From: Blastocatellia bacterium
GTDB taxonomy: Bacteria; Acidobacteriota; Blastocatellia; UBA7656
Assembly: GCA_963765495.1 (NCBI GenBank)
Contig: CAVXWP010000007.1
Span: 96,001-160,000, forward strand
Direction: 5' to 3'
Length of the DNA: 64,000 nucleotides
Part shown: piece by piece, positions 24,116 through 35,013 of the stretch
Layout of the letters: each line of letters opens with the position of its first letter
Position numbering within the stretch: position 1 is the first letter of the stretch
Notes under the pieces: model-generated
The model's database searches: none
Told to the model about the DNA's origin: nothing
What the model saw: only the letters and a program-made list of their open reading frames with translations
Program-made: the position numbers and the translations under genes

Positions 24116-26176
24116 ATGAAGCGACAGGCAAAAATAACCCTCCTATTTCTGCTCGTTATTTCCACAATCTCTCTGCCCGTGCTCAAGGCGCAGAAGAAGT
24201 CTATCAATGATACGACGCTTCGCAACGCCGACCAACGCAAAGGCGAGTGGTTGACTCACGGGCGGAATTACGCTGAAACACGCTTCAGCCCGCTCAAGCA
24301 AATCAACGCCGCGAATGTCGCGAGGCTCGGCCTTGCCTGGTCATTTGATACCGAGACCACTCGCGGGCTTGAGGCCACGCCAATCGTTGCCGACGGAACG
24401 CTCTACGCCACGGGAAGCTGGAGTGTGGTCTTTGCTTTAGATGCGCGAACCGGCAGGGAGATTTGGAAATGGGACCCGGAAGTGCCCCGCACCTACGGTC
24501 AGAAGGGCTGCTGCGATGTGGTCAACCGGGGCGTAGCGCTCTATGAAGACAAGGTCTACGTAGGCACATTCGACGGTCGACTTGCCGCGCTTGACCGAAA
24601 GACGGGCAAGGTGATCTGGCAGGCGCAGACGGTTGATCGGGATCAGCCGTACACGATCACGGGCGCGCCGCGCATCGTCAAAGGGAAGGTGATAATAGGC
24701 AACGGCGGGGCCGAGTTCGGCGTGCGCGGGTATGTTTCGGCTTACGATGCGCGGACGGGCAAGCTGGCGTGGCGGTTCTATACCGTGCCGGGAGACCCTT
24801 CGAAGCCCTTCGAATCACCCGAGATGGAGAGCGCGGCAAAGACGTGGAAGGGAGAATGGTGGAAGTACGGCGGAGGCGGGACGGCCTGGGACTCTTTTGC
24901 CTATGATGCGGAGCTTGATCTGCTTTACGTGGGAACAGGAAACGGCTCTCCGTGGAATCAGGAGATTCGCTCACCGGGCGGCGGAGACAATCTCTACCTC
25001 TCATCTATTCTCGCTTTGCGCCCGGACACGGGCAAGCTCGTATGGTATTACCAGACCACGCCAGGCGAGTCGTGGGATTTCACCGCTACGCAACACATGA
25101 TACTGGCCGATTTGAAGATCGGCGGACGCGTGCGCAAGGTGTTAATGCAGGCTCCAAAAAACGGCTTCTTTTATGTGCTTGATAGAAAGACCGGAGAGTT
25201 GATCTCTGCCGAAGCCTATGTGCCTATGACGTGGGCAAAGGGGATTGATAAGAAGACCGGGCGACCCATCGAAGACCCGGCGGCGCGGTATAAAGACGCG
25301 CTTGCGATAATGAAGCCGGGGCCCTTTGGCGGGCATAACTGGCAGCCTATGTCTTACAACCCTGAAACGGGTCTGGTTTACATACCGGCTCAGGACCCGT
25401 TTTTCGCCTACACTCAGGACGCGAAATTTCAATACAGGCCCGGCAGTTGGAACACGGGGGTGGATTTCGGGGTCCTCAAAGACCCGCTACCCTCTATCCC
25501 CACGGGCCATCTGTTAGCCTGGGATCCAGTCGCTCAAAAGGAACGGTGGAGAGTTCAGTACACGAGCATCTGGAACGGCGGCACGCTCACGACGGCGGGC
25601 AATCTGGTTTTTCAGGGGACGGCTGACGGGCGCTTTGTAGCCTACAGCGCCGACAAAGGAGAAAAGCTCTGGGAAGTCGCGGTTGGAACCGGGGTAATCG
25701 CACCGCCCGTCACTTATGAAGTGGACGGCGCGCAGTACGTCTCGGTACTGGCCGGCTGGGGTGGATCGTTTGCGATGGCGGGAGGTACGGCGACGGGAGG
25801 CATCCCTGCGCCCGGCAGGCTTCTGACTTTCCGGCTCGATGGAAAGCAGAAGCTTCCATTTACGATGGCGCAAAAACTCCCCGATGTGAAGACAATCGAA
25901 TTTGAGGCTTCGCCTGAGACTATCACGGCGGGCGCGGTTCTGTTCGCCCAACAATGCGCGACCTGTCACGGGCTGGCCGCGATGAGCGGAGGCGCGACGC
26001 CGGACCTGCGCTACTCTCAAACGGGAATATTCGACAGGTACAAACAGATTGTGCTCGAAGGCTTGTTTGCCGATGCGGGGATGCCTTCTTTCAAAGGGCG
26101 ACTCAGCGCCGAAGAGGTAGATGCGATTCGCGCTTATGTGCTCAAGCGCCGGTCTGAAATCGCTTCCAAAGAGTGA
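24116..26176 (+). CDS. PQQ-dependent quinohemoprotein alcohol dehydrogenase (type II)
   Basis: [36 protein letters not shown]-terminal CATCH heme c motif. Confidence 0.93.
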   Translation: MKRQAKITLLFLLVISTISLPVLKAQKKSINDTTLRNADQRKGEWLTHGRNYAETRFSPLKQINAANVARLGLAWSFDTETTRGLEATPIVADGTLYATGSWSVVFALDARTGREIWKWDPEVPRTYGQKGCCDVVNRGVALYEDKVYVGTFDGRLAALDRKTGKVIWQAQTVDRDQPYTITGAPRIVKGKVIIGNGGAEFGVRGYVSAYDARTGKLAWRFYTVPGDPSKPFESPEMESAAKTWKGEWWKYGGGGTAWDSFAYDAELDLLYVGTGNGSPWNQEIRSPGGGDNLYLSSILALRPDTGKLVWYYQTTPGESWDFTATQHMILADLKIGGRVRKVLMQAPKNGFFYVLDRKTGELISAEAYVPMTWAKGIDKKTGRPIEDPAARYKDALAIMKPGPFGGHNWQPMSYNPETGLVYIPAQDPFFAYTQDAKFQYRPGSWNTGVDFGVLKDPLPSIPTGHLLAWDPVAQKERWRVQYTSIWNGGTLTTAGNLVFQGTADGRFVAYSADKGEKLWEVAVGTGVIAPPVTYEVDGAQYVSVLAGWGGSFAMAGGTATGGIPAPGRLLTFRLDGKQKLPFTMAQKLPDVKTIEFEASPETITAGAVLFAQQCATCHGLAAMSGGATPDLRYSQTGIFDRYKQIVLEGLFADAGMPSFKGRLSAEEVDAIRAYVLKRRSEIASKE

Positions 26177-26193
26177 TAAAAGCACCCTTGATA

Positions 26194-26277
26194 TTGAGTT
26201 ATGAGTTATGAATTTTGAGTTTTGAATTTAAGCAAGTCATCTGAATTCAAAACTCAAAACTCAAAACTCATAACTTA
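26194..26277. repeat. Inverted heptamer-array element (TTWTGAR units) between convergent genes
   Basis: tgagttatgagttatgaattttgagttttgaatt ... aattcaaaactcaaaactcaaaactcataactta. Confidence 0.88.
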
Positions 26278-26284
26278 GTCAGCG

Positions 26285-27175
26285 TCATCGGAGGATGGTT
26301 GACTGGAAGCCCAGGCGCGCCCGGCAGTTTTCGCTGTCGAGTTCGTAAGGAAATCCATCGGGGTCAACGGGTGTCATCCGTTCATCGAGTGAAAGCCCGG
26401 CAGCACTAAACACCCGCGCCAGGGGTCCAAAACTCTGAGGGCAAGAGCCGGTCTGCTCGCGGTATCGCGCAAGAGTTGAATCTATAAAATCCCTTTCATC
26501 GAGTGAGCGTAGTTGTTTCAATCGCTCAATCGCCTGATTGCGGATAAGTTCGTCTTCGCTGTTGAGATAACTCTTATAGACGGCGCGGGCCGCCTCCCGG
26601 CTTCCACCCTGTATCTTCATAAACCCGGCCAGATCGCGCATCCACCACTCGGCACCCGGTATCTGGCTTCCTCGCTCATACCATATTGCCGCATTCTGGT
26701 AATCGCCCGACTGCCAGTAAATGTAGGCAAGGTCTTGATAGAGCCGCCAGTTGTCGGGGTTTGCGCTGATGCCGCGTTCGAGCAGGGCGATGGCGGCGGG
26801 CAGATCGCGTTCGGGCAGAAATATTGCGCCGAAACGATAGGCCGGAAGATGATGCGGATCAAGCGTAACGATTATGTTGAGCATAGGCGCAAGCAGATCC
26901 ATGCGGATATCGGCTGTCGTTCGGGCCGTCTGCTGGTTTTCGATTACCTTGTTGCCGAAGTATTGCACCGCCCTGATCCAGTAAATATCGGCGACCATCG
27001 GATCGAGCCCCAGACTCATCTTTTTGACCGTTTCGCCGGAAGCGAAATAGAGAGTCTCTTCGCCTATCACCTCAGCGGGCGAGGTCGCGTCAATCCACCT
27101 CTGCAAAGGGTAAAGCAATGCCAGAGCGAGAATCAAAACAATTGCCGGTACGACTCTTCTCATGGGCAAAGACAT
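26285..27175 (-). CDS. Membrane-anchored TPR-like protein, partner of adjacent ABC permease
   Basis: ADIYWIRAVQYFG, TLDP, LLERGISANPDNWRL, DPDG..Y; resembles PilG-like partners of PilI permeases (from recall). Confidence 0.65.
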   Translation of the reverse strand: MSLPMRRVVPAIVLILALALLYPLQRWIDATSPAEVIGEETLYFASGETVKKMSLGLDPMVADIYWIRAVQYFGNKVIENQQTARTTADIRMDLLAPMLNIIVTLDPHHLPAYRFGAIFLPERDLPAAIALLERGISANPDNWRLYQDLAYIYWQSGDYQNAAIWYERGSQIPGAEWWMRDLAGFMKIQGGSREAARAVYKSYLNSEDELIRNQAIERLKQLRSLDERDFIDSTLARYREQTGSCPQSFGPLARVFSAAGLSLDERMTPVDPDGFPYELDSENCRARLGFQSTILR

Positions 27176-27205
27176 AACCAGTTATGTGTAACGCGCTAAT
27201 CGCGC

Positions 27206-28051
27206 TTACTTGAAATTCCTCTTCTGAAATATCAACACCGCAGCCGAAAGCAACAAACCGACATATACCACCGCGTAAATCGTGGATGTCCAGATCATAT
27301 GCAGAGGAACCACCTGCCCGCGTGATGCTCCGGCGAAGCTGAAATTCGACAGGTTCGGAAACAGATAATAAAGCGACCTGAGCACCGCGCGCACGACCAT
27401 CGAATCAGACAACGCGGCAGCCAGCCGCAGGTCGCCGCTGAAATGGCCTATTACATAGACCGCCAGCGAAAACAGCGCGGCCAGCAACGGCGTTGTGAAG
27501 CTTGAAAACATCAAGGCCACGGCGACCACAATCGCAAGCTCCAGATAAATGAGATAAGCGGCCGGAAGCAATGTGAGTTGCAGATTCACAAACCCGCCGT
27601 TCACATAGATGAGGGCAAGCTCTGTGCCTAAGACCATGACGGCCGAATTCACAAGCAACGTCAGACACAAGCCCAGATACTTGCCGATGATAAATTCGTG
27701 GCGATGGACGGGTTTTGACAGCAGGTTGTAGATTGTGCGCCGGTCTATTTCCTTGTAGACCAGCGCCACGCCTATAAAGATGGCGATCAAAGCGCCGAAG
27801 ACCAGCATGGAACTGAGCCCGAGATCGGCGATGAATTTGCTCTCTTCATTGATTGAAAGCTCGCTGACGAAAATCGACGCGCCGACCAGAATGAGAACGA
27901 ATAATATGAGGTTATAGAGTACGCGGTCGCGCACCGATTCTCGAAAAGTATTGCGCGCGATGGTCCGTATCTTCGCAATCGCGCCTGGTCTGTTGCCGGG
28001 GTTTACTTGAGCAATCCCCACATTGCTCATGCCAGTGCTTGCCATATTCAT
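27206..28051 (-). CDS. ABC-2 type transporter permease (PilI-like)
   Basis: IARNTFRESVRDR, EIDRRTIYNLLSKP..R.EFIIGKYLG, about 6 TM segments. Confidence 0.88.
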   Translation of the reverse strand: MNMASTGMSNVGIAQVNPGNRPGAIAKIRTIARNTFRESVRDRVLYNLILFVLILVGASIFVSELSINEESKFIADLGLSSMLVFGALIAIFIGVALVYKEIDRRTIYNLLSKPVHRHEFIIGKYLGLCLTLLVNSAVMVLGTELALIYVNGGFVNLQLTLLPAAYLIYLELAIVVAVALMFSSFTTPLLAALFSLAVYVIGHFSGDLRLAAALSDSMVVRAVLRSLYYLFPNLSNFSFAGASRGQVVPLHMIWTSTIYAVVYVGLLLSAAVLIFQKRNFK

Positions 28052-28124
28052 CTCTCAGAATAATCCATTATCGCTCAAATTTCCAAAGTTGAAAGAATAA
28101 ACCTCGTCAGGCACTCAATAATCT

Positions 28125-28227
28125 CAGGGCCATTCAGTTTTCCGCATTGTCGCGGCCTATTTCAACTGACCTTTCCTTCAACTCAACATTTATACTATTG
28201 CACGCGGGTCCAGAACTGAATGGCCTG
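28125..28227. mobile_element. Short, internally deleted copy of the CAGGG-ended MITE
   Basis: cagggccattcagtt ... aactgaatggcctg; interior cgcggcctatttcaac...aactcaac matches the reverse complement of 35740-35776; no TSD seen. Confidence 0.75.
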
Positions 28228-28289
28228 GTGCGTAGGCCTCCCTGATTGGTGTAGAATGAATTTGGAGTTTTGGCTGTAGCGCCGAATCA

Positions 28290-30065
28290 GTGGAGGGAAA
28301 AGATATCAGCAACATAGAAGGAAACATCCAGGGACTAAAGGCCAATCAAGTTCACCGCCTCGAAAAGCTCTATCAGAGGCGCATCCCGCCGCGAGAGATC
28401 GTAACTCAGGAATTCGCGCGCCAGATGTCGGAATTGTCGCACGAGATCAACCGTCAGATAGGTGTGCTCGTAAATCGGAAGGGCTACGTTGAGTATGTCA
28501 TCGTGGGCAACGCTCGCGGAATCGTCCTGCCTGATCTGAAGCGCGTTCGCGTAAGCGCAGAGCGTTTTCGCGGGTTGCGATGTCTGCACACGCATCTTGC
28601 GGGCGAAGAGTTGACGCAAGATGATCTGACCGACCTTGCCTTGCTCAGGCTCGATTTGATGGCGGCAATCAATGTTCGAAGCGACGGGTTGCCCGGCCTT
28701 GTCCGAGCCGCGCATCTGCTGCCGGCTCACACGGACGGACAAAGCGGCGAAGACGGAAACCTACCCTACCTTGAAACGGATTCTGATTCGGATTCGCCCG
28801 AGGTATGGGGATTTCTCGAGCCGCGTGTGCCAAGCCAGCTTGATGTGGATTTTCTTGATTTGATCGCTTCGCTCGAAGAGGAGCTTGCGCGAGTCCGCCA
28901 CGTCCGCTCTCCTCGCGACAATCGCGACCGGGCCATCCTTGTCGGCGTGACTACCGAAAGCGTAGCCGCCGCGCAGGAATCGCTTGAAGAGTTGAGAGAG
29001 CTTGCGCGCTCGGCCGGTGTAGTCGTGCTTGACCGCTTTGTGCAGAGGCGACCGAAACTCGATCCGCGCTCGCTCGTGGGAAAGGGCAAGCTCGAAGAGT
29101 TGATCATCCGCAGCCTGCAACTTGGCGCTGACGTTATCATATTCGATCAGAACCTTTCGCCCGCGCAGGTGCGCGCAATAAATCAGGCTACGGATTTGAA
29201 GATCGTAGACCGCACGCAGCTTATACTCGACATCTTTGCCCAGCGCGCCCAGAGCCGCGAGGGAAAGATTCAGGTCGAGCTTGCGCAGTTGAAATATATG
29301 TTGCCTCGCCTCACGGGATCGGGCACGGAGATGTCACGGCTGATGGGCGGAATCGGCGGGCGCGGACCCGGCGAGACAAAGCTCGAAGTTGATCGCCGCC
29401 GCGTGCGTGACCGTATCAACCTGCTGGAAAAACAGATCGAGCAAATACGCACAAGCCGCCGCGTGCAGCGCGCCCGCCGCGAACGGCGTGATGTGCCTAT
29501 TATCTCGATAGTCGGTTACACAAACGCGGGCAAATCGACTCTGCTGAACGCGCTCACCGAGTCTTCTGTCACGGCAGAAGACCGCATGTTTGCCACGCTC
29601 GATCCGACGAGCCGCCGTCTCAGGCTGCCGCGCGACCAGGAAGTGATAATCAACGACACGGTCGGATTTATAAGAGACTTGCCGCCCGATTTGATAACGG
29701 CCTTTCGCGCCACGCTCGAAGAGATGGAAGGCTCGGACCTGCTCCTGCATCTGGTAGACGCGAGTAGCTCTCAGCTTGACTCTCACATAGCCTCCGTCAG
29801 GCAATTGCTTGAAGAGTTGAATTTGTCAGAGATACCGAGGCTTCTCGTCTTCAACAAGGCCGATTTACTCGATGAGGGCGAGCTTGAAAATCTTGAACGC
29901 GCTTATGAAGCGGTGATGGTTTCGGCGCTTGATCGCCGGACGCTACCGCCTATGCTTGAGCGCATAGGCGGCATGCTCGACAGCAGCGATACTGCGCGGG
30001 CTTCGCTTTACACGCGAAAAGAACAGGACGCGGATAAAAAGGTGCCATTGCCCGCCATCGAGTAG
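28290..30065 (+). CDS. hflX: Ribosome-splitting GTPase HflX (long N-terminal form); true start may be ATC 28305
   Basis: ILDIFAQRA, GGRGPGETKLE, GYTNAGKS, FATLDPT, DTVGFI, NKAD. Confidence 0.95.
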   Translation: MEGKDISNIEGNIQGLKANQVHRLEKLYQRRIPPREIVTQEFARQMSELSHEINRQIGVLVNRKGYVEYVIVGNARGIVLPDLKRVRVSAERFRGLRCLHTHLAGEELTQDDLTDLALLRLDLMAAINVRSDGLPGLVRAAHLLPAHTDGQSGEDGNLPYLETDSDSDSPEVWGFLEPRVPSQLDVDFLDLIASLEEELARVRHVRSPRDNRDRAILVGVTTESVAAAQESLEELRELARSAGVVVLDRFVQRRPKLDPRSLVGKGKLEELIIRSLQLGADVIIFDQNLSPAQVRAINQATDLKIVDRTQLILDIFAQRAQSREGKIQVELAQLKYMLPRLTGSGTEMSRLMGGIGGRGPGETKLEVDRRRVRDRINLLEKQIEQIRTSRRVQRARRERRDVPIISIVGYTNAGKSTLLNALTESSVTAEDRMFATLDPTSRRLRLPRDQEVIINDTVGFIRDLPPDLITAFRATLEEMEGSDLLLHLVDASSSQLDSHIASVRQLLEELNLSEIPRLLVFNKADLLDEGELENLERAYEAVMVSALDRRTLPPMLERIGGMLDSSDTARASLYTRKEQDADKKVPLPAIE

Positions 30066-30140
30066 GTCGCTCGATTTCAAAATTGATGGATGGCAGGCGC
30101 TAGGATGATATTGATTTATTTCGACACGGGGGAGGAAAGG

Positions 30141-30809
30141 ATGAACGATTTTTACGATAAGCAGGGAACCGACCTGCGCGACCAATTTCAACAGGAATAT
30201 GTATCTCAGCAAGCCGCGATGGAGCACAAACGCAAATCGCGCTCTATGATCTGGATAGGGGTCGCGGCGGCCTTGGTACTGCTGATGTTGATAATCGGCG
30301 GGACGGCTGTAGGCACATATAATTCGCTGACGACCAAACACGAAAAAATAGCGCAGGATCGATCCGACATCGAAACATTGCTGCAACGCCGTGCCGACCT
30401 GATTCCGAATCTGGTGAATACGGTTAAAGGATACGCGGCGCACGAAGATAAGATTTTTGGCGAGATAGCCGAGGCGCGCGCGAGGCTTGTCGGCGCTGGT
30501 ACGCTCGACGAAAAACTGGCCGCCAATCAACAATTGTCAAATGCCATCAGAGGGCTGACCGTGGTCGTAGAGAATTATCCTAATCTGAAAGCCAACGAAC
30601 AGTTTCTTGAGCTTCAGAAACAGCTTGAAGGAACCGAGAATCGCATCAGCGTCGCCCGGCAGGATTACAATGAGACTGTGACAGTTTATAACACTTCGCG
30701 GCAGCAGTTCCCAACCGTCATAATGGCGAATCTGTTCGGATTTCAGCGAGAAGAGCCTTTCAAGGCGCAGCCGGGTTCAGAGAAAGCATCAGATGTTGAT
30801 TTTAAATAA
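30141..30809 (+). CDS. lemA: LemA family protein
   Basis: LQRRADLIPNLV..VKGY..HE, VENYPNLKAN, TENRI; GGAGG RBS. Confidence 0.93.
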   Translation: MNDFYDKQGTDLRDQFQQEYVSQQAAMEHKRKSRSMIWIGVAAALVLLMLIIGGTAVGTYNSLTTKHEKIAQDRSDIETLLQRRADLIPNLVNTVKGYAAHEDKIFGEIAEARARLVGAGTLDEKLAANQQLSNAIRGLTVVVENYPNLKANEQFLELQKQLEGTENRISVARQDYNETVTVYNTSRQQFPTVIMANLFGFQREEPFKAQPGSEKASDVDFK

Positions 30810-30937
30810 TGTCTGCGCGTGACGAGATGATTTCAATCGCGTTTAATCCTTACGGGTTTAACTGACACAACCGGAGCGGCGGCCTCAACGGGTCGCCGCT
30901 TTGTTATAACCGGCCAACATCCACAGAAAGGAAGACT

Positions 30938-31708
30938 ATGACTGTCAGAGTCGAAAAGAACGGCCCCGTAACGACCGTCATCCTGAGCCGCCCCGAAGTG
31001 CGAAACGCCGTTGACCGCCAGACGGCCGAAGCTCTGGTCGATGCCTTCCGCGCATTCGACGCCGATGATGAATCCTCGGTCGGAGTCTTTTATGGCGACA
31101 ACGGTACGTTTTGCGCCGGAGCTGATTTGAAGGCAATTGCCGAAGGCCGGGGCAATCGAACCGCAATCACAGGCGATGGCCCGATGGGGCCTACGAGGTT
31201 GATGCTTCAAAAGCCGGTCATAGCCGCGATTTCCGGTTATGCCGTCGCCGGGGGGCTGGAACTGGCGCTCTGGTGCGACCTGCGAGTGGTGGAAGAGAGC
31301 GCCGTCCTGGGGGTGTTTTGTCGCAGGTGGGGAGTGCCCCTGATAGATGGAGGCACGATTCGATTGCCGCGTTTGATCGGCCTCAGCCGGGCGCTCGATA
31401 TTATCCTCACAGGCCGCCCGGTTGATGCAAAAGAAGCCTTGAGCATGGGGCTTGCGAATCGCGTAGTGGAGGATGGAACAGCGCGTCAGGCTGCCGAAAG
31501 GCTCGCCCTTGAAATCGCCCGGTTCCCACAGGTGTGCATGCAAAATGATCGAATGTCTGCTTACGAACAATTTGATCTGAGTTTTGATCAAGCGATTGCA
31601 AACGAGTTCACTCATGGTCTTGCCTCGCTCGAAGCCGAAGGCCGAACCGGAGCAGGCCGTTTTGCGGGAGGAGCAGGCCGCCACGGCGCTTTTGAGAAAG
31701 GCGAATAA
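30938..31708 (+). CDS. Enoyl-CoA hydratase/isomerase family protein
   Basis: FCAGADL, AVAGGLELALWCD, RWGVPLIDGG. Confidence 0.93.
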   Translation: MTVRVEKNGPVTTVILSRPEVRNAVDRQTAEALVDAFRAFDADDESSVGVFYGDNGTFCAGADLKAIAEGRGNRTAITGDGPMGPTRLMLQKPVIAAISGYAVAGGLELALWCDLRVVEESAVLGVFCRRWGVPLIDGGTIRLPRLIGLSRALDIILTGRPVDAKEALSMGLANRVVEDGTARQAAERLALEIARFPQVCMQNDRMSAYEQFDLSFDQAIANEFTHGLASLEAEGRTGAGRFAGGAGRHGAFEKGE

Positions 31709-31786
31709 ACGAGCAAGGGGAAAATATATTTACACCGGCAACTTTATCTTGACTTCCTTTATGCGAAGGCGTATTAGTGAAGCATT

Positions 31787-32071
31787 ATGGATGACGAAGA
31801 CATAGTAACGAAACCGACTATCGAAACCGTGCTTGATCGCATAAGCGCATTAGGCCAGAGTCTACAGGATTTTCGAGACCACTTCGAACAAAGAATGGAC
31901 GGTCTTGAAAAGAGGATGGAGAGTTTTGAAAAGAGGGGGATAGATGTTGAATATCGCCTTGATCGCATCGAGTCACGGGTAGATCGTACTGTGAGTATGA
32001 TAATGGAATCGCGCGCCGATATGCGGGATTTATATCTTCAACTCAAGGCCCGTATCCCGGAACCGAAATAA
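31787..32071 (+). CDS. Small coiled-coil hypothetical protein
   Basis: 94-aa ORF with heptad pattern (RMDGLEKRMESFEK...RLDRIESR). Confidence 0.65.
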   Translation: MDDEDIVTKPTIETVLDRISALGQSLQDFRDHFEQRMDGLEKRMESFEKRGIDVEYRLDRIESRVDRTVSMIMESRADMRDLYLQLKARIPEPK

Positions 32072-32087
32072 CGTCTCTCGACTTCTA

Positions 32088-32957
32088 TCACCGCTCCTTG
32101 AGCGATTCATTGAGCGAGCCTGTCCTATAGCCTTCCAGATCCAGAGTCACAAACTTAAATCCAATCGTCTTCAATGCTGACGACATCTGTCGAGCCATCG
32201 CCCTGTCGAGCGCGCGCGGCAGTTCGTCTTCTGCGACTTCGATGCGGGCTATATCGCCGTGATGGCGCACGCGGACCTGCCGGAAACCTAACTGCTTGAG
32301 CGCGATTTCTGCTTTGTCAACCATTGAGAGTTTTTCGATAGTTACCACCTGTCCATAAGGAACTCGCGAAGACAGACACGCAGAGGCGGGCTCGTCCCAG
32401 GTGGGAAGCCCTCGCCGCCGCGACATTTCGCGGATGTCGGCCTTGGTCATCCGGCATTCCAGAAGCGGTGAGCGCACGCCAAGCTCCCGTGCGGCCTGTC
32501 GGCCCGGTCTGTAATCTCCCACATCGTCGGCGTTCGTCCCGTCGCAGATCGTACGGTAACCGCGCTCCCGGGCAAACCGGGTGAGCTTTGAGTAAAGCTC
32601 CGACTTGCAGTAGTAGCATCGGTTCGGCGGATTGCTTGTGTAGTTTGAATCCTGAAACTCTTCGGTAAAGATTATCTCGTGGCGGATACCGAAATCCTTT
32701 GTGAGACGATCTGCCAGTTCGCGCTGAAAGCTCGGATAAGAGGCGCTGTCTCCGGTGACAGCAAGCGCATTCTCTTTCAATTCGCTATGCGCGACATAGG
32801 CCAGATAGGCGCTATCCACACCGCCTGAAAAAGCTACTATCGTCGAACCATAGCTGCGGAGCAGGGCGCGAAGTTTCTGCTCTTTTACCTCGGCGGATTC
32901 AGCCGGTTGAAGGCTGATAGCGCCTGCCGAATTTATGTCTGATCGGGTAAAACTCAC
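32088..32957 (-). CDS. larE: ATP-dependent sacrificial sulfur transferase LarE
   Basis: AFSGGVDS, NRCYYCK, DGTNADD..DYRPG, ACLSSR, LDLEGYRTGS. Confidence 0.93.
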   Translation of the reverse strand: MSFTRSDINSAGAISLQPAESAEVKEQKLRALLRSYGSTIVAFSGGVDSAYLAYVAHSELKENALAVTGDSASYPSFQRELADRLTKDFGIRHEIIFTEEFQDSNYTSNPPNRCYYCKSELYSKLTRFARERGYRTICDGTNADDVGDYRPGRQAARELGVRSPLLECRMTKADIREMSRRRGLPTWDEPASACLSSRVPYGQVVTIEKLSMVDKAEIALKQLGFRQVRVRHHGDIARIEVAEDELPRALDRAMARQMSSALKTIGFKFVTLDLEGYRTGSLNESLKER

Positions 32958-33031
32958 AGGATGATGTTAGCCGTTTGCCCGGGCGTTCGGCAACCTGCCA
33001 GGAAGATATATAGGAAAGTTCTGAAAGAGAG

Positions 33032-33412
33032 TCACGCAACAAGAGTCAGGTATTTATCCGAGTGATGGTTTTGAGATTCGGTCAAGATGCGCCAGGATTG
33101 ATCGGCGCTATTTCTTTGAATGGGGTGCAGATTGCCCTCGACAAATGCTTTGCCGCAGAATCCTTCATCCCTGGCGGCAATTTCCCAGATGCTTGTGACA
33201 ACCGTCTTATTGTCAATCATCACCTGTTGATCTAACAATCTCTGAACCGGAATAATGCTGACATGACAATCTATGCCCGTGCCATCGGTTATCGCCTGCG
33301 CTAATCGTTCGGCCTCAGCCCGAAAAAGGTAAGGGCCGGTTGAAGCCAGAAAATGGCGAGGGAGATTTGAAGAGCCAGGTTTCTTGTGAATTATGTATCC
33401 GTTAACAGGCAT
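33032..33412 (-). CDS. Hypothetical protein (AT-richer, start uncertain)
   Basis: Open frame filling the gap; no recognised motif. Confidence 0.4.
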   Translation of the reverse strand: MPVNGYIIHKKPGSSNLPRHFLASTGPYLFRAEAERLAQAITDGTGIDCHVSIIPVQRLLDQQVMIDNKTVVTSIWEIAARDEGFCGKAFVEGNLHPIQRNSADQSWRILTESQNHHSDKYLTLVA

Positions 33413-33681
33413 TGACTGAATATCCTTTTGAATTCTGCTCAGGCTCCCCCTCTCTTTTATTGAATATTGACAATGGGCGCAAATCTCCACTTATCTGTTT
33501 GACGGCAGCGCTCACCTGAGATTTGAGATTTCAGATGACCGCGAATGAGAGGAAATAATTTCAGCCTACATAACCTCAGGTGTTCAAATCTATTTGCAAC
33601 ACAGGGCGTAATTAGGTAGATATTCATATCCGGCCTCGATCTTGTAAAAGGCGAACTTCTACCGGGGATGCTCTAAGGCTT

Positions 33682-35013
33682 ATGAAAATGACAATAAAAA
33701 GCTCTCTTGTAATTCTGCTGTCTGCGCTCTTCTTTTTTGCGATGCCTGCGCCTGCGCTGACTCAAGCCTCATACCAGCCGAGCGCTGCAAACCTTGAAGC
33801 CAGGCGATGGTTTCAGGATGCGAGGTTTGGGCTCTTCATTCACTGGGGAGTCTATAGCACACTGGGCGACGGCGAGTGGGTGATGAACAATCGCAGAATA
33901 CCTATAAGCGATTATGAAAAGCTTCCATCGCAATTCAACCCAATCGAGTTCGACCCTGCCGAATGGGTTGCGCTGGCGAAGGCCGCCGGGATGAAATACA
34001 TCACCATCACAAGCAAGCATCACGATGGATTCGCGATGTTCGATTCAAAGGTTTCCGACTACGATATTGTAGATCGCACTCCTTACAAGAAAGACGTGCT
34101 CAAGATGCTTGCCGATGAATGCCACAGGCAGGGAATAAAACTCTTCTTCTACTATTCACAACTCGACTGGCATAACCCCAATTATTTCCCGAGGGGGGGG
34201 ACGGGCCGTGATGCGGGACGCCCTGACAGGGGCGACTGGCCGAAATATATTGATTACATGAACGCGCAGCTAAAGGAGTTGTTGACCGGTTACGGCGAGA
34301 TTGGCGGGATATGGTTCGACGGATGGTGGGACCGCCCCGATGCGGACTGGCGTCTTGATGAAACATATAAGCTCATTCACGACCTCCGGCCCGCCGCCCT
34401 TATCGGCTCGAATCATCATCGTCGTCCGAACCCCGGCGAAGATTTTCAGATGTTCGAAAAAGATTTGCCCGGAGCAAACACTGCCGGTTTCAACAAGGAT
34501 TCCGAGATCGGCTCTCTTCCACTTGAAACCTGCGAGACGATGAACAACTCGTGGGGGTTTAATATCACCGACAGGAAATATAAGAGCACGCGCGAATTGA
34601 TTCAATATCTGGCGCGAGCGGCGGGCAATAACGCAAATTTTCTGTTGAACGTCGGCCCGATGCCAAACGGAAGGATTCAGCCCGAATTTGCAGCGCACCT
34701 TCGAGAGATGGGCAAGTGGCTTGATAAGTACGGCGAGGCGATATACGGCACGCGGGGCGGCCCTGTTTCACCTCGCCTCTGGGGTGTGACTACTCAAAAA
34801 GAGAACATAGTCTATCTGCATGTGCTCGACTGGAATTTTTCGGACGCGCTCTGGGTTCCCCTCTCTCATCGAGTCAAATCGGCAAGGTTCCTGAAGGATG
34901 GAAGCAATGCCGAGTTTCTTCAGGTTGATAACGGGGTTTTGTTGAAAGCGATCCCACAGCGCGCAATTGACGAATACGATACGGTAATCGCGCTTGAGCT
35001 AGACAATAAGTGA
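33682..35013 (+). CDS. Alpha-L-fucosidase (GH29)
   Basis: FGLFIHWG, TSKHHDGF, IWFDG, LLNVGP; signal peptide. Confidence 0.93.
   Translation: MKMTIKSSLVILLSALFFFAMPAPALTQASYQPSAANLEARRWFQDARFGLFIHWGVYSTLGDGEWVMNNRRIPISDYEKLPSQFNPIEFDPAEWVALAKAAGMKYITITSKHHDGFAMFDSKVSDYDIVDRTPYKKDVLKMLADECHRQGIKLFFYYSQLDWHNPNYFPRGGTGRDAGRPDRGDWPKYIDYMNAQLKELLTGYGEIGGIWFDGWWDRPDADWRLDETYKLIHDLRPAALIGSNHHRRPNPGEDFQMFEKDLPGANTAGFNKDSEIGSLPLETCETMNNSWGFNITDRKYKSTRELIQYLARAAGNNANFLLNVGPMPNGRIQPEFAAHLREMGKWLDKYGEAIYGTRGGPVSPRLWGVTTQKENIVYLHVLDWNFSDALWVPLSHRVKSARFLKDGSNAEFLQVDNGVLLKAIPQRAIDEYDTVIALELDNK

Noticed and set aside
25060-25100. Lanthanide-dependent (XoxF/PedH-type) dehydrogenase
   Set aside because: Active-site motif is D-F-T, lacking the extra Asp (D-x-D) of Ln-binding enzymes
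33512-33590. Another heptamer element (tgagatt units)
   Set aside because: Only one short arm and a weak partner; too degenerate to call
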